Below, piece after piece: positions 10,991 to 20,391 of a stretch of 64,000 nucleotides of DNA (within the stretch, counting starts at the first letter, position 1; each line of letters begins with the position of its first letter). The position numbers and the translations under genes are program-made. This DNA comes from Prochlorococcus sp. AG-355-P18. GTDB taxonomy: Bacteria > Cyanobacteriota > Cyanobacteriia > PCC-6307 > Cyanobiaceae. The stretch lies in NCBI GenBank assembly GCA_003280515.1, contig QCER01000006.1, positions 2,393-66,392 of the forward strand, read 5' to 3'. The notes beneath the pieces are model-generated. The model saw only the letters and a program-made list of their open reading frames with translations, ran no database searches and was not told the origin of the DNA.

Positions 10991-11425
10991 ATGGAAATCT
11001 ACAAAAAAAGTCAAATTTTAAGTTCGTTAAGTAATGAGCAAAAATTAATTCATCAAAGTAAACACCTTTTGTTGGAACTTTATAGGTGCGATCGCGAAAA
11101 ATTAAATGACGAATCCTTTTTGCGGTGTATTTTAAATAGAGCTGCTAAATTGGCAAATGCAACAGTTTTGAATTTGATAAGTAATAAATTTGAGCCTCAG
11201 GGGGTTACGGCAATTGCATTACTGGCAGAATCTCATATTTCAATACATACTTGGCCTGAATCTAATTATTCGGCAGTCGATATTTTTACATGTGGTCAAA
11301 ATATGATGCCTGAACTAGCTAGTCAATATTTAATTGAATCTTTGATGGCTAAAGAACATTCTTTGCGTGTCATTGAGCGAAATCCACCTTCAGCAGTCTC
11401 TAATCAGATCAGAACGGTTGTTTGA
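10991..11425 (+). CDS. speD: S-adenosylmethionine decarboxylase proenzyme (pyruvoyl-dependent)
   Basis: FEPQGVT, LAE-SHISIHTWPE autocleavage motif, DIFTCG. Confidence 0.9.
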   Translation: MEIYKKSQILSSLSNEQKLIHQSKHLLLELYRCDREKLNDESFLRCILNRAAKLANATVLNLISNKFEPQGVTAIALLAESHISIHTWPESNYSAVDIFTCGQNMMPELASQYLIESLMAKEHSLRVIERNPPSAVSNQIRTVV

Positions 11426-11431
11426 CAATAT

Positions 11432-12256
11432 TTACCTATTTAATTTTCCGCTTACAAGTCCCTCAAGATCTAAACTTGTGCAATTAAATCCTAAATTAGA
11501 AAAATATTGAACTAACTCACTAAAATTATATTTGTTAAAAAAATGCTTTAATTCATCTTGGGGAATTTCTATTCTTGCAGTTAAGCCTTGGCATCTAACT
11601 CTAACCTCCGATATTCCACATTCTTTAAGATATTCTTCTGCTTTCTCAACCATTTTTAGCCTTTCACTAGTTATTTCATGGCCATAAGGAAATCTTGATG
11701 ATAAACAAGGTTGGGCAGGTTTATCCCACCAAGGAAAACCCAATGCTTTTGATATATCCCTAATGTCTTGTTTTGAGACTTTAAATTTTGCAAGGGGAGA
11801 GATAACTCCTGCTTGTTTTGAGGCTTGTATACCTGGTCTGTAATCTTTAAGGTCATCCAGATTGACTCCATCTAAAACTATCTTGTAATTAAGTTTTTTA
11901 GAGAGGTAGGTTGTATGTTTGTGGAGCTCTTTTTTGCATGCAAAGCACCTATCCTTGGGATTTTCACTGTAACTTGATTGGTCTAATTCTGATGTTTTAA
12001 TCTCTACATGCTTTACTCCAATCCATTTTGCTTGCATTCTTGCTTCTTCACGAAGAGTAGTGGCTAATGCAGGAGAAATTCCAGTAATGGCAATTGCTTT
12101 GCTACCTAATTGCTCGAATGCTAATGATGCTACTAATGTACTGTCAACTCCTCCGGAATAAGCAATACAAACACTATCAAGATTCTTAATGTATCTTCTA
12201 ATTGTATAAAGCTTTTCACTTTGTTCATCAGAGAGAATTTCTAGTTGATTGAACAT
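11432..12256 (-). CDS. larE: LarE family PP-loop ATP-dependent sulfur transferase
   Basis: AYSGGVDS PP-loop, RCFACK, DGVNLDD, DYRPG, PCLSSRFPYG, VRVR; ATG at 12256 preferred over TTG at 12277. Confidence 0.85.
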   Translation of the reverse strand: MFNQLEILSDEQSEKLYTIRRYIKNLDSVCIAYSGGVDSTLVASLAFEQLGSKAIAITGISPALATTLREEARMQAKWIGVKHVEIKTSELDQSSYSENPKDRCFACKKELHKHTTYLSKKLNYKIVLDGVNLDDLKDYRPGIQASKQAGVISPLAKFKVSKQDIRDISKALGFPWWDKPAQPCLSSRFPYGHEITSERLKMVEKAEEYLKECGISEVRVRCQGLTARIEIPQDELKHFFNKYNFSELVQYFSNLGFNCTSLDLEGLVSGKLNR

Positions 12257-12364
12257 GCTTATTACTTTAAAATTCAAATTACCTATGAATAGGTTGAATT
12301 TATTATTAAATCTTTAATAATATTCTTATCTATATCTTAGATTAAATTTACTAATTTTGTTCAA

Positions 12365-13525
12365 TTGACGAATACGAGTAGAAATAGAGGAATTGGAATT
12401 GTCACAGCAAGTGACAGTCAAGAAAGATCAAAAGGTCAATTACATATTTATGATGGAGAAGGTAAGGGGAAAAGTCAGGCTGCTTTGGGAGTAGTTCTCA
12501 GGACAATAGGATTAGGAATATGCGAAAAAAGACAGTCAAGAGTTTTACTTCTAAGATTTTTAAAAGGCCCTGAGAGACCATATGACGAGGATTCAGCTAT
12601 AGAGGCTTTACAAAGAGGCTTTCCACATTTAATTGACCATGTAAGGACAGGAAGATCCGAATTTTTTACTGCTGACCAAGTTACAAAGTTTGATGTTGGT
12701 GAGGCCGAAAGAGGTTGGAATATTGCTAAAGGAGCAATTGCTAGTTCTCTTTATTCTGTAGTTGTACTAGATGAGTTAAATCCAGTTCTTGATTTAGGAA
12801 TGCTTGATATCAATGAAGTAGTTGAGACTCTGCAAAATCGTCCAGATGGATTAGAAATAATTATTACTGGAAGGGCAGCCCCACCCTCTTTGGTAAGAAT
12901 ATCTCAACTCCACTCAGAAATGAGACCACGTTTGATAGGAGACTTATTAGAACTATCCAAACAAAGTAGTTCTAGTGGTGGAATTGAGATTTATACAGGA
13001 GAAGGAAAGGGTAAATCCACAAGTGCACTCGGTAAGGCTCTTCAAGCTATTGGTAAAGGAATATCTCAAGATAAAAGTCATAGAGTTTTAATATTACAGT
13101 GGTTAAAAGGTGGAAATGGATATACCGAAGATGCTGCCATAGAAGCTTTGAGAGAGAGTTACCCTCATTTAGTAGATCATTTGCGTTCAGGCAGAGATGC
13201 CATCGTATGGAGAGGTCAACAACAACCAATTGATTATGTTGAGGCTGAAAGAGCATGGGAAATTGCTAAAGCTGCTATTTTGTCTGGCTTGTATAAAACA
13301 ATCATTTTAGATGAATTGAATCCAACTGTTGATTTAGAGTTGTTACCTGTGGAATCAATACATCAAACGCTCTTAAAAAAACCAGCAGATACAGAAGTTG
13401 TAATTACTGGAAGGTGTAAAAATGAACCTTCATACTTTGAACTAGCTGATGTTTACTCTGAAATGGTTTGTCATAAGCATTATGCAAATGTGGGAGTTGA
13501 TTTAAAAAGAGGAGTTGATTACTAA
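12365..13525 (+). CDS. cobO: Cob(I)yrinic acid a,c-diamide adenosyltransferase, tandem-duplicated domain
   Basis: Two repeats, each with Y(D/T)GEGKGKS, LKG, LDELNP and ITGR; C-terminal KRGVDY. Confidence 0.88.
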   Translation: MTNTSRNRGIGIVTASDSQERSKGQLHIYDGEGKGKSQAALGVVLRTIGLGICEKRQSRVLLLRFLKGPERPYDEDSAIEALQRGFPHLIDHVRTGRSEFFTADQVTKFDVGEAERGWNIAKGAIASSLYSVVVLDELNPVLDLGMLDINEVVETLQNRPDGLEIIITGRAAPPSLVRISQLHSEMRPRLIGDLLELSKQSSSSGGIEIYTGEGKGKSTSALGKALQAIGKGISQDKSHRVLILQWLKGGNGYTEDAAIEALRESYPHLVDHLRSGRDAIVWRGQQQPIDYVEAERAWEIAKAAILSGLYKTIILDELNPTVDLELLPVESIHQTLLKKPADTEVVITGRCKNEPSYFELADVYSEMVCHKHYANVGVDLKRGVDY

Positions 13526-13533
13526 CTTATTCT

Positions 13534-14685
13534 TTAAAAATTATTTGCACAATATTTTTTTATTTTTTCAATGCCGCCTTCAATAGATCTTGACTGAATT
13601 TTGAATTTAGACAAGATTCTTGAAGCTTTTTCAGAGCGTTTCCCCGATTTACATATAGTGAAAACCTCTTTATTTAAACTTTCTTTTTGAATAAATTTTA
13701 AGTCAGATTCTTGCTTCAAATGACTCAGGGGAATTGAGATAGAACCCTCTATTGCGGATTTAGAAAACTCTTCATTTTCTCTAACATCAATTAAAAGAAT
13801 TTTGTTTGGTTTTGATTTGTATAAACTATTAAAGTCATTAGCATTAATACTTTTAATTTCATCGTTTTCCCCACAATATTCATCACTATTATAAAAGCTC
13901 TCAAACTGAGACAGATTTTTTATTCGTTTATTTAACTGATCACTTTTTAAATGTAATTTTTTCATATTCATATTCAATAGATCAAAAATTAAAATTTTCC
14001 CATCTAAAATTTCACCTTTTTTCAAAATGATTTTGATAATTTCATTAACCTGAAGAATTCCTATTAAACCTGTTGAAACACCTACTACCCCGTATTCTGC
14101 ACAACTAGGGACAGCATTTTTTGTAGGTGATTCTGGAAGTAAGTCTCTTAAATTAGGACTATTTTTATATAAATTGAAAACACTCACTTGCCCTTCAAAG
14201 CCTTGTACACTTCCAAAGACTAAGGGTTTTTTTAATATCAGGCATGAATCATTTATTAAATATCTTGTGCCAAAGTTATCCGAGCAATCACAAATAACAT
14301 CAAACTCCTTTATTAATTCAAGAGCATTTTTAGGATTAATTCTCTCTGAAAAGGTTAATATTTCACAATTAGGATTGAATTTTTTAATTCTTTCCCGAGC
14401 AGAATCAATTTTAAGATTGCCAATAGTATTTGTTTCATGAATTATCTGTCTCTGGAGATTAGACTTTTCAACTTGATCGTTATCAACTATTCCAATTCTC
14501 CCAATTCCTGCTGCAGCTAGATAAAGCAAAACGGAAGAACCAAGCCCACCTGCTCCAATGCATAATACTGAGCTGTTTTTAAGATTTAGTTGGCCCTCAT
14601 AACCTATCTCTTTGAGGGTCAAATGTTTTTGATATCTTTCTTCTTCATCAGAGTTTAAGAAATTAATTTTTATATCTTTGGACAT
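13534..14685 (-). CDS. moeB: MoeB/ThiF-family adenylyltransferase with C-terminal rhodanese (MoeZ-like)
   Basis: IGAGGLGS, SNLQRQ, DCSDNF.TRY, SCAEYGV; rhodanese DVRE...ICKSGKRS. Confidence 0.88.
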   Translation of the reverse strand: MSKDIKINFLNSDEEERYQKHLTLKEIGYEGQLNLKNSSVLCIGAGGLGSSVLLYLAAAGIGRIGIVDNDQVEKSNLQRQIIHETNTIGNLKIDSARERIKKFNPNCEILTFSERINPKNALELIKEFDVICDCSDNFGTRYLINDSCLILKKPLVFGSVQGFEGQVSVFNLYKNSPNLRDLLPESPTKNAVPSCAEYGVVGVSTGLIGILQVNEIIKIILKKGEILDGKILIFDLLNMNMKKLHLKSDQLNKRIKNLSQFESFYNSDEYCGENDEIKSINANDFNSLYKSKPNKILLIDVRENEEFSKSAIEGSISIPLSHLKQESDLKFIQKESLNKEVFTICKSGKRSEKASRILSKFKIQSRSIEGGIEKIKKYCANNF

Positions 14686-14979
14686 TGAAATCCTTTAATT
14701 TTTGCGAGATAAACTATGAAAATATAATAATTAAAATAAAAATTTTAGACTTTTAAATTTTTCTTATTACTCTAATTAATTAATGTTTTTGTTAGAACTA
14801 GACCATAATGTGAAGTTTTTATAAATCAATTTTAAGTTTAAATATCTTCAGAAAACATACATACCAAAGCCTCTAAAAAAATACAAAATGTTTCGGTTCG
14901 GAATTTTGCACAACAAAAAGGTAGTCAATAGACGTTTTTTCCGATACTGTCTGGTTCATACATTAAGTTTACTGAATTC

Positions 14980-15345
14980 ATGAGTGATAACACTCCAGAG
15001 TCAAACCAAGACTCCGGCTCCGATACAAGCTCAGAAACCAAAAGTTTTTCAGAGAAGTACTCTGATGTTATGGGAAAAGTCAACGAAACCCTTGGTAATG
15101 TTGATTGGACTCAAATGGGCAAGTACGGCAAGGCGGCAGGCATAATTGCTGTTGTCGTAATAGCTCAGATAATCATTAAAGTTGTCATTGACACGATAAA
15201 CTTTTTCCCAATTCTTCCTGGTTTACTAGAACTGCTAGGGGTCATTGTTGTAGGTCAATGGAGCTGGCAAAATCTTCGTACCAGTGAAAATCGTGAAGCT
15301 GTTCTAGATAAGGTACAAAATCTTAAGAAGACATATTTAGGGTAG
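14980..15345 (+). CDS. curT: CAAD-domain thylakoid curvature protein (CurT/CURT1-like)
   Basis: Amphipathic N-terminus, two TM helices, IN.FPILPGLLELLG motif. Confidence 0.75.
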   Translation: MSDNTPESNQDSGSDTSSETKSFSEKYSDVMGKVNETLGNVDWTQMGKYGKAAGIIAVVVIAQIIIKVVIDTINFFPILPGLLELLGVIVVGQWSWQNLRTSENREAVLDKVQNLKKTYLG

Positions 15346-15352
15346 TTTAATA

Positions 15353-16231
15353 TTACATATTAAGAATTACTTTTACGTAATTTTCAACTTGGTTTAAGTA
15401 CCCTCCGCCAAACATATTGGCGTGATTCAATATGTGGTAAAAATTATAAATAATAATTCTTTTTTCAAATCCGTCTTTTATTGGAAAAATTCTATGGTAT
15501 TCTTCATAAAATTCTTTTCTAAAACCTCCAAATAGTTTTGTCATAGCTATATCTACTTCATTATCTGCCCACCAAGATGCAGGGTCAAATATAACCCCCT
15601 TTCCATTTTTGTCCATTCCTGCATTGCCTGACCATAAATCACCATGAACTAGAGAATTTATTGGTTTGTGATTAAGCAATTCTGATTTAATTTTTTCTTT
15701 AACTTTATTTATGATTTCTTTATCTAAAATTCTCGATTTAAGACTTAATAATTGTGGAATTATCCTTAAGTTTAAAAAACAATCTATCCAATTATCTTCC
15801 AAGCCTTTTTTCTGATCTGTTGTTCCGATAAAACCCTCAACTGGAAACCCAAACATTTTGGGGTTAGATTCAGCTGATTTCAAGTGCAGTTCACCTAAAC
15901 CTTTTCCAAGCTTTTTTTGGTCAAATTTATGCATATCTATCCATTCAATTAAAAGAATCTCTATATTTTTTATATTTTTATATGCAATAACTTCAGGAAT
16001 AACTAAGTTTTCTTGATTAATATATTTTCTCAAATTTTGGAGACAATATTTTTCAAATTCAAGAAATTTTTTGTTTCTAATGTTTCTTTTAAGGAATAAC
16101 TTTTTGTTAGAGAATTCTATTCGCCATGCATTATGAATATCGCCACCATGTACTTGTTCAATACTTTTTGGGTAGGTTTCACCTAATTCTTCACAAATTT
16201 CGTTAATTTCAATAGGAGATAATTTTTGCAT
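15353..16231 (-). CDS. Fructosamine kinase family protein
   Basis: GGDIH, LVHGDLWSGN, IFDPA, EVDIAMTKLFGGF, YHILNHANMFGGGY. Confidence 0.9.
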   Translation of the reverse strand: MQKLSPIEINEICEELGETYPKSIEQVHGGDIHNAWRIEFSNKKLFLKRNIRNKKFLEFEKYCLQNLRKYINQENLVIPEVIAYKNIKNIEILLIEWIDMHKFDQKKLGKGLGELHLKSAESNPKMFGFPVEGFIGTTDQKKGLEDNWIDCFLNLRIIPQLLSLKSRILDKEIINKVKEKIKSELLNHKPINSLVHGDLWSGNAGMDKNGKGVIFDPASWWADNEVDIAMTKLFGGFRKEFYEEYHRIFPIKDGFEKRIIIYNFYHILNHANMFGGGYLNQVENYVKVILNM

Positions 16232-16235
16232 TTTA

Positions 16236-17741
16236 ATGAAAAAGTCTGAAGTTATTGTTGTAGGCGCAGGTATAGCAGGACTAACTTCTGCAGCGATTTT
16301 ATCAAAACAAGGCTTATCAGTGACTTTAATCGAATCTCATACTCAAGCCGGAGGATGTGCCGGTACTTTTAAAAGAAAGAATTATATTTTCGATGTTGGA
16401 GCAACTCAGGTTGCTGGTTTAGAGAAGGGAGGAATACATTCTAGAATTTTTGATTTTTTAGATATTCCATCCCCAGAAGCCATAATTTTAGACCCTGCTT
16501 GCATTGTTGATTTAAACGATGGTAGTAATCCTATACCTATTTGGTATGAAAAAAGCAAATGGATTGCTGAACGAGAAATGCAGTTTCCTGGGAGTCAAAG
16601 ATTTTGGAAGCTTTGTACCCTAATACATGAAAGTAATTGGATATTTGCCAATAATAATCCTGTATTACCTATAAGTAATTTTTGGGATTTTTCTCAACTT
16701 CTCAAAGCACTAGTACCTTCAAACCTTGTCACAGGTATCTTACTTAAATCTACTATTTTTGATCTATTGCGGATATGTGGATTATCCAAGAATGAACGCT
16801 TGATTAAATTCTTAAATCTTCAACTAAAACTTTATTCTCAAGAGGACGTTTATAGTACTGCAGCATTATATGGATCTACTGTTCTGCAGATGTGTCAACA
16901 GCCACATGGTCTGTGGCATCTTAAAAAATCTATGCAGTCTTTAAGTGAATCATTAGAAAGTTCATTAATTAAAACTGGAGTTAATTTAATTTTTGGACAA
17001 GAAGTTAATTCTATAACTTTTGACGACGTAAATATGTGTTGGCAACTATCTGCTAATTCGAAAAAAAAATCATTTATTTATCAAGCAAAAGATGTAATTT
17101 ATACCCCACCTCCACAATCTTTGCTCAAGCATTTGAAAGATCCTTTAGAACGAAAAAAAAATTATAAAAATCGACTTAATAATTTGCCTGATCCAAGTGG
17201 AGCTGTAGTTTTTTATTCAGCATTAAAAAAAGAACATATTAAAAAAACATTCTCCAATCATTATCAATTTGTTTCAAAAGAATTTTGTTCGTTATTTGTA
17301 TCAATTAGTGATGATGGTGATGGAAGAGCGCCAAAAGGTGAGGTTACTTTAATTGCCAGTATCTTTACCAAAACTGAAGATTGGTTTGATCTAGATAAAC
17401 AAACTTACTTAAAGAAAAAAAACGGTTTCATGAAAAAAATATCTCTTGAATTGGAAAGTCAATTTGATATTGATCCTGAAAAATGGCTACATAGAGAATT
17501 AGCAACTCCATTGGGCTTTGAAAAATGGACAAAAAGACCTAATGGAATAGTAGGCGGGCTTGGTCAAAATCCAGATATTTTTGGTTTATTTGGATTATCA
17601 AGTAGGACACCTTTTGAGGGTTTATGGCTATGTGGAGATTCTATTTATCCAGGAGAGGGGACTGCAGGTGTTAGTCAGTCAGCATTAATGGTTTCAAGGC
17701 AAATTTTAGCTTCCAAAGGTATAGAAAATTTTAGTTTATAA
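16236..17741 (+). CDS. crtD: CrtD-like carotenoid C-3',4' desaturase / FAD-dependent oxidoreductase
   Basis: VVGAGIAGL Rossmann motif, GGCAGTF, FDVGATQVAGLE, LCGDSIYPGEGTAGVS. Confidence 0.75.
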   Translation: MKKSEVIVVGAGIAGLTSAAILSKQGLSVTLIESHTQAGGCAGTFKRKNYIFDVGATQVAGLEKGGIHSRIFDFLDIPSPEAIILDPACIVDLNDGSNPIPIWYEKSKWIAEREMQFPGSQRFWKLCTLIHESNWIFANNNPVLPISNFWDFSQLLKALVPSNLVTGILLKSTIFDLLRICGLSKNERLIKFLNLQLKLYSQEDVYSTAALYGSTVLQMCQQPHGLWHLKKSMQSLSESLESSLIKTGVNLIFGQEVNSITFDDVNMCWQLSANSKKKSFIYQAKDVIYTPPPQSLLKHLKDPLERKKNYKNRLNNLPDPSGAVVFYSALKKEHIKKTFSNHYQFVSKEFCSLFVSISDDGDGRAPKGEVTLIASIFTKTEDWFDLDKQTYLKKKNGFMKKISLELESQFDIDPEKWLHRELATPLGFEKWTKRPNGIVGGLGQNPDIFGLFGLSSRTPFEGLWLCGDSIYPGEGTAGVSQSALMVSRQILASKGIENFSL

Positions 17742-18570
17742 AATTTTGTCTGTTTTCTTTTGCTTCAGCAAGTTTTTTAGAAAGTAAATCCCAATTTTTT
17801 TCTTTAATAAGAGATTCCAGTATATTCAGCTTATTTTTAAAATTATTTATGGAATTTAAAACATTAATCTGATTATTAATAGCTAAATCTAGGCCTAGTT
17901 GTTCATTGCCTCCGCCAACTCTCGAAGTGTCAGCAAATCCTGTAGCAGCTAATTTTTGCGAGAGATCTAATAAAGATTGATTATTTTTTGTTTGCGCAGT
18001 TTCTATCAGGGCAGAAGCTAAAAATATAGGTAAATGAGAAATTAGAGATACTGCTTCATCATGCTCTTTTGGCGAAGCTTGGCAAATTTCACAATCCATT
18101 GATTTTATGAGCTCGGAAATAGTTCTGACTGAATTTAAATCACTATTTTGTGTTGGGGTAATAATCCATTTTGCATTTTTAAAAAGACCTTCAAAACCTG
18201 AATTAACTCCTTTTTTTTCTGTGCCTGCCATTGGATGAGATCCAATAAATAGAGGATGTGTATTTTCCCATGTATTTACAATTGGTTCTTTTACAGACCC
18301 TACATCAGTTAGTATTGTTTCCTGAGGTATTGATGCTACTAATTGTTGCGAAGGACTGATCAAATCTTTGATAGGCAATGCCAAAATTATTAGCTCACAT
18401 TTTTTTAATAAGCTGAGATCACAGCTAACAAAATTTGCAAGTTTTTTATCCTTAGCTTTTTTTTCATTAAATTCATTATTTGCTATTCCATAAATTGTAT
18501 GATTTAGACTTTGGAGTTTTAATCCTAAAGAACCACCGATTAATCCTAATCCTACTATTCCAATTTTCAT
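17731..18570 (-). CDS. tyrA: Prephenate/arogenate dehydrogenase
   Basis: GLGLIGGS, DVGSVK, GSHPMAG, HDEAVSLISHLP, GFADTSRVGGG; 3' end overlaps crtD by 11 nt. Confidence 0.92.
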   Translation of the reverse strand: MKIGIVGLGLIGGSLGLKLQSLNHTIYGIANNEFNEKKAKDKKLANFVSCDLSLLKKCELIILALPIKDLISPSQQLVASIPQETILTDVGSVKEPIVNTWENTHPLFIGSHPMAGTEKKGVNSGFEGLFKNAKWIITPTQNSDLNSVRTISELIKSMDCEICQASPKEHDEAVSLISHLPIFLASALIETAQTKNNQSLLDLSQKLAATGFADTSRVGGGNEQLGLDLAINNQINVLNSINNFKNKLNILESLIKEKNWDLLSKKLAEAKENRQNFIN

Positions 18571-18665
18571 AAATTAATTAATTCAAAACCCTCTTTTATT
18601 GATAACAATTTTTTGTATATTAGGTTCATAAATTTTGCATGTTTTTGGAATTAAATTAATTATAA

Positions 18666-20114
18666 ATGCTTGAAATCTTAAGTCATCAATATTTGAAAAA
18701 TTTTTTGAGAGATCAAAGTATTAATTGGGAGCACATATATTCTTTTGGGAGGATAGTTTCCAAATGTATTGAAAATGATTCTACCTATCTAATTAATTCT
18801 GAAATTTTCTCTAGCTATGATTGGTTACCTCCAATTTTGATTTCTTTATTTTTAAAAGAAGAGGATTCAACTTTTATTTTATCTAAAGAAAAAATCCAAT
18901 TTATAACCCAATTTCAGATTGATTCATTGAAAAATCTAGGTTTTAATTTTATTTTGAAAAATGATCAATTTATTTTTGCAAATCATCGTGTTCACTTGAT
19001 AACTATCCAAAGTTTTCTTAATGATCCCAATTCTCGTGATCTTAGAAATCATCGAATAGTTTATTCAGGAATTGAGGATATAAAACATGATTTAAAAAAT
19101 CATTTTAGGATTTCTTTACTTAAAAAGGATTGGACAAAAAATTTTAAAGAATTTGAATTAATCAATCAAAAATTTATAAAAGTATATGATTCGTTGAAGA
19201 AAAAGTTCTTCTTGAGAAAGGTCTTAGGAAATAGTTATATCAATTTAGATGAAAATGAAATTAGTTTCTTATCAAACTTTTTTCATGAAAATTCTTTTTT
19301 TTCTGATAAATTTTTAAGCGTCAACAAAGCATTATCTCAAGGCTGGGCATGCTGGGTAAAGTTAAATGATACAAATTTAGATTGGAATTTATATTTACAG
19401 CCAATAGATGAACTTTTTCAAATTAAGGAATTTTTTTCAAATAATAAATTTGTTTTTTTATCAGCATTGAGAAAAGATAATTTTTTCCAAATGTATTTTA
19501 AAAAACACAGTTTAGATATTGACTTGGTTATTAACTTTAAGAGTAATTTTGAAGAGAAAAAGATTTCATTATATATACCTTCTAAACAGTTGCTTCCTAA
19601 TAATCCTTTTTTTACAAATTCAATCTTGGACAAATGCAAAAAGTTAATACTTTTTAGAAAGGGTTTAACTTTAGTGTTGTCTGATGATATTGATTTAAAA
19701 ACTAATCTTGCTACAGAATTAGCTTCTACTTACGGGAAGAGAGTATTTCTAGAGACAATTCCCTCTGGTAAGAATGAAATTCTTTGCTCTAGTTTTGACT
19801 GGTGGATTATGAATTCTTATTTAATTCAAATTCCACAACAAATTATCATTCCTTTACTTCCGATTCCGAATATGTCAGAACCCATTAATGCAATTACTGT
19901 TTCTCATAAAAAGAAGCTTTCTCAAGATTGGTTTAGAGACTTCTTTCTTCCTCAAGCGAGAATTAAACTTGAAAGATCTATTTCTCCTTTAAGAAGAAAT
20001 TCAGGTAAGTTAATAATCCTAGATGGAAGAGCAAATAAAAGAACCTGGGGAAGATTACTTTTGCAAAATATTCAACCCTCAAAACAAATTAACTATATGC
20101 TACCTTTTGATTAG
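18666..20114 (+). CDS. DinG/XPD-like helicase C-terminal-domain protein (degenerate)
   Basis: C-terminal LLPIP..P, PLRRNSGKLIILDGR...WG resemble DinG motifs V-VI; no Walker A or DEAH. Confidence 0.55.
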   Translation: MLEILSHQYLKNFLRDQSINWEHIYSFGRIVSKCIENDSTYLINSEIFSSYDWLPPILISLFLKEEDSTFILSKEKIQFITQFQIDSLKNLGFNFILKNDQFIFANHRVHLITIQSFLNDPNSRDLRNHRIVYSGIEDIKHDLKNHFRISLLKKDWTKNFKEFELINQKFIKVYDSLKKKFFLRKVLGNSYINLDENEISFLSNFFHENSFFSDKFLSVNKALSQGWACWVKLNDTNLDWNLYLQPIDELFQIKEFFSNNKFVFLSALRKDNFFQMYFKKHSLDIDLVINFKSNFEEKKISLYIPSKQLLPNNPFFTNSILDKCKKLILFRKGLTLVLSDDIDLKTNLATELASTYGKRVFLETIPSGKNEILCSSFDWWIMNSYLIQIPQQIIIPLLPIPNMSEPINAITVSHKKKLSQDWFRDFFLPQARIKLERSISPLRRNSGKLIILDGRANKRTWGRLLLQNIQPSKQINYMLPFD

Positions 20115-20143
20115 GTTATGATTTTGTAAATAACTAAAGAAAT

Positions 20144-20389
20144 ATGGGAGAAGCAAAAAGACGTAAAACACTTGGTTTACCCCCAAAAAAAAATAATACT
20201 AAAACTAAAATTGATGAGTCTCCAAGATTATTTGAATGGCTTCCCTTTACAGTCAATCAAAGAGATAACCTAATTAAATTAAGTATTAAGGCCAGTTGGT
20301 TTGGAATCGGAGGGTTAGTAATCTTATGGATTGTAGTTAGATTTATAGGCCCTGCTGCTGGGTGGTGGACTTTAGCTGATTCTTTATAA
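20144..20389 (+). CDS. DUF2839-type small membrane protein
   Basis: MGEAKRRK start, single TM, RFIGPAAGWW end, typical of this cyanobacterial family. Confidence 0.75.
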   Translation: MGEAKRRKTLGLPPKKNNTKTKIDESPRLFEWLPFTVNQRDNLIKLSIKASWFGIGGLVILWIVVRFIGPAAGWWTLADSL

Positions 20390-20391
20390 AT

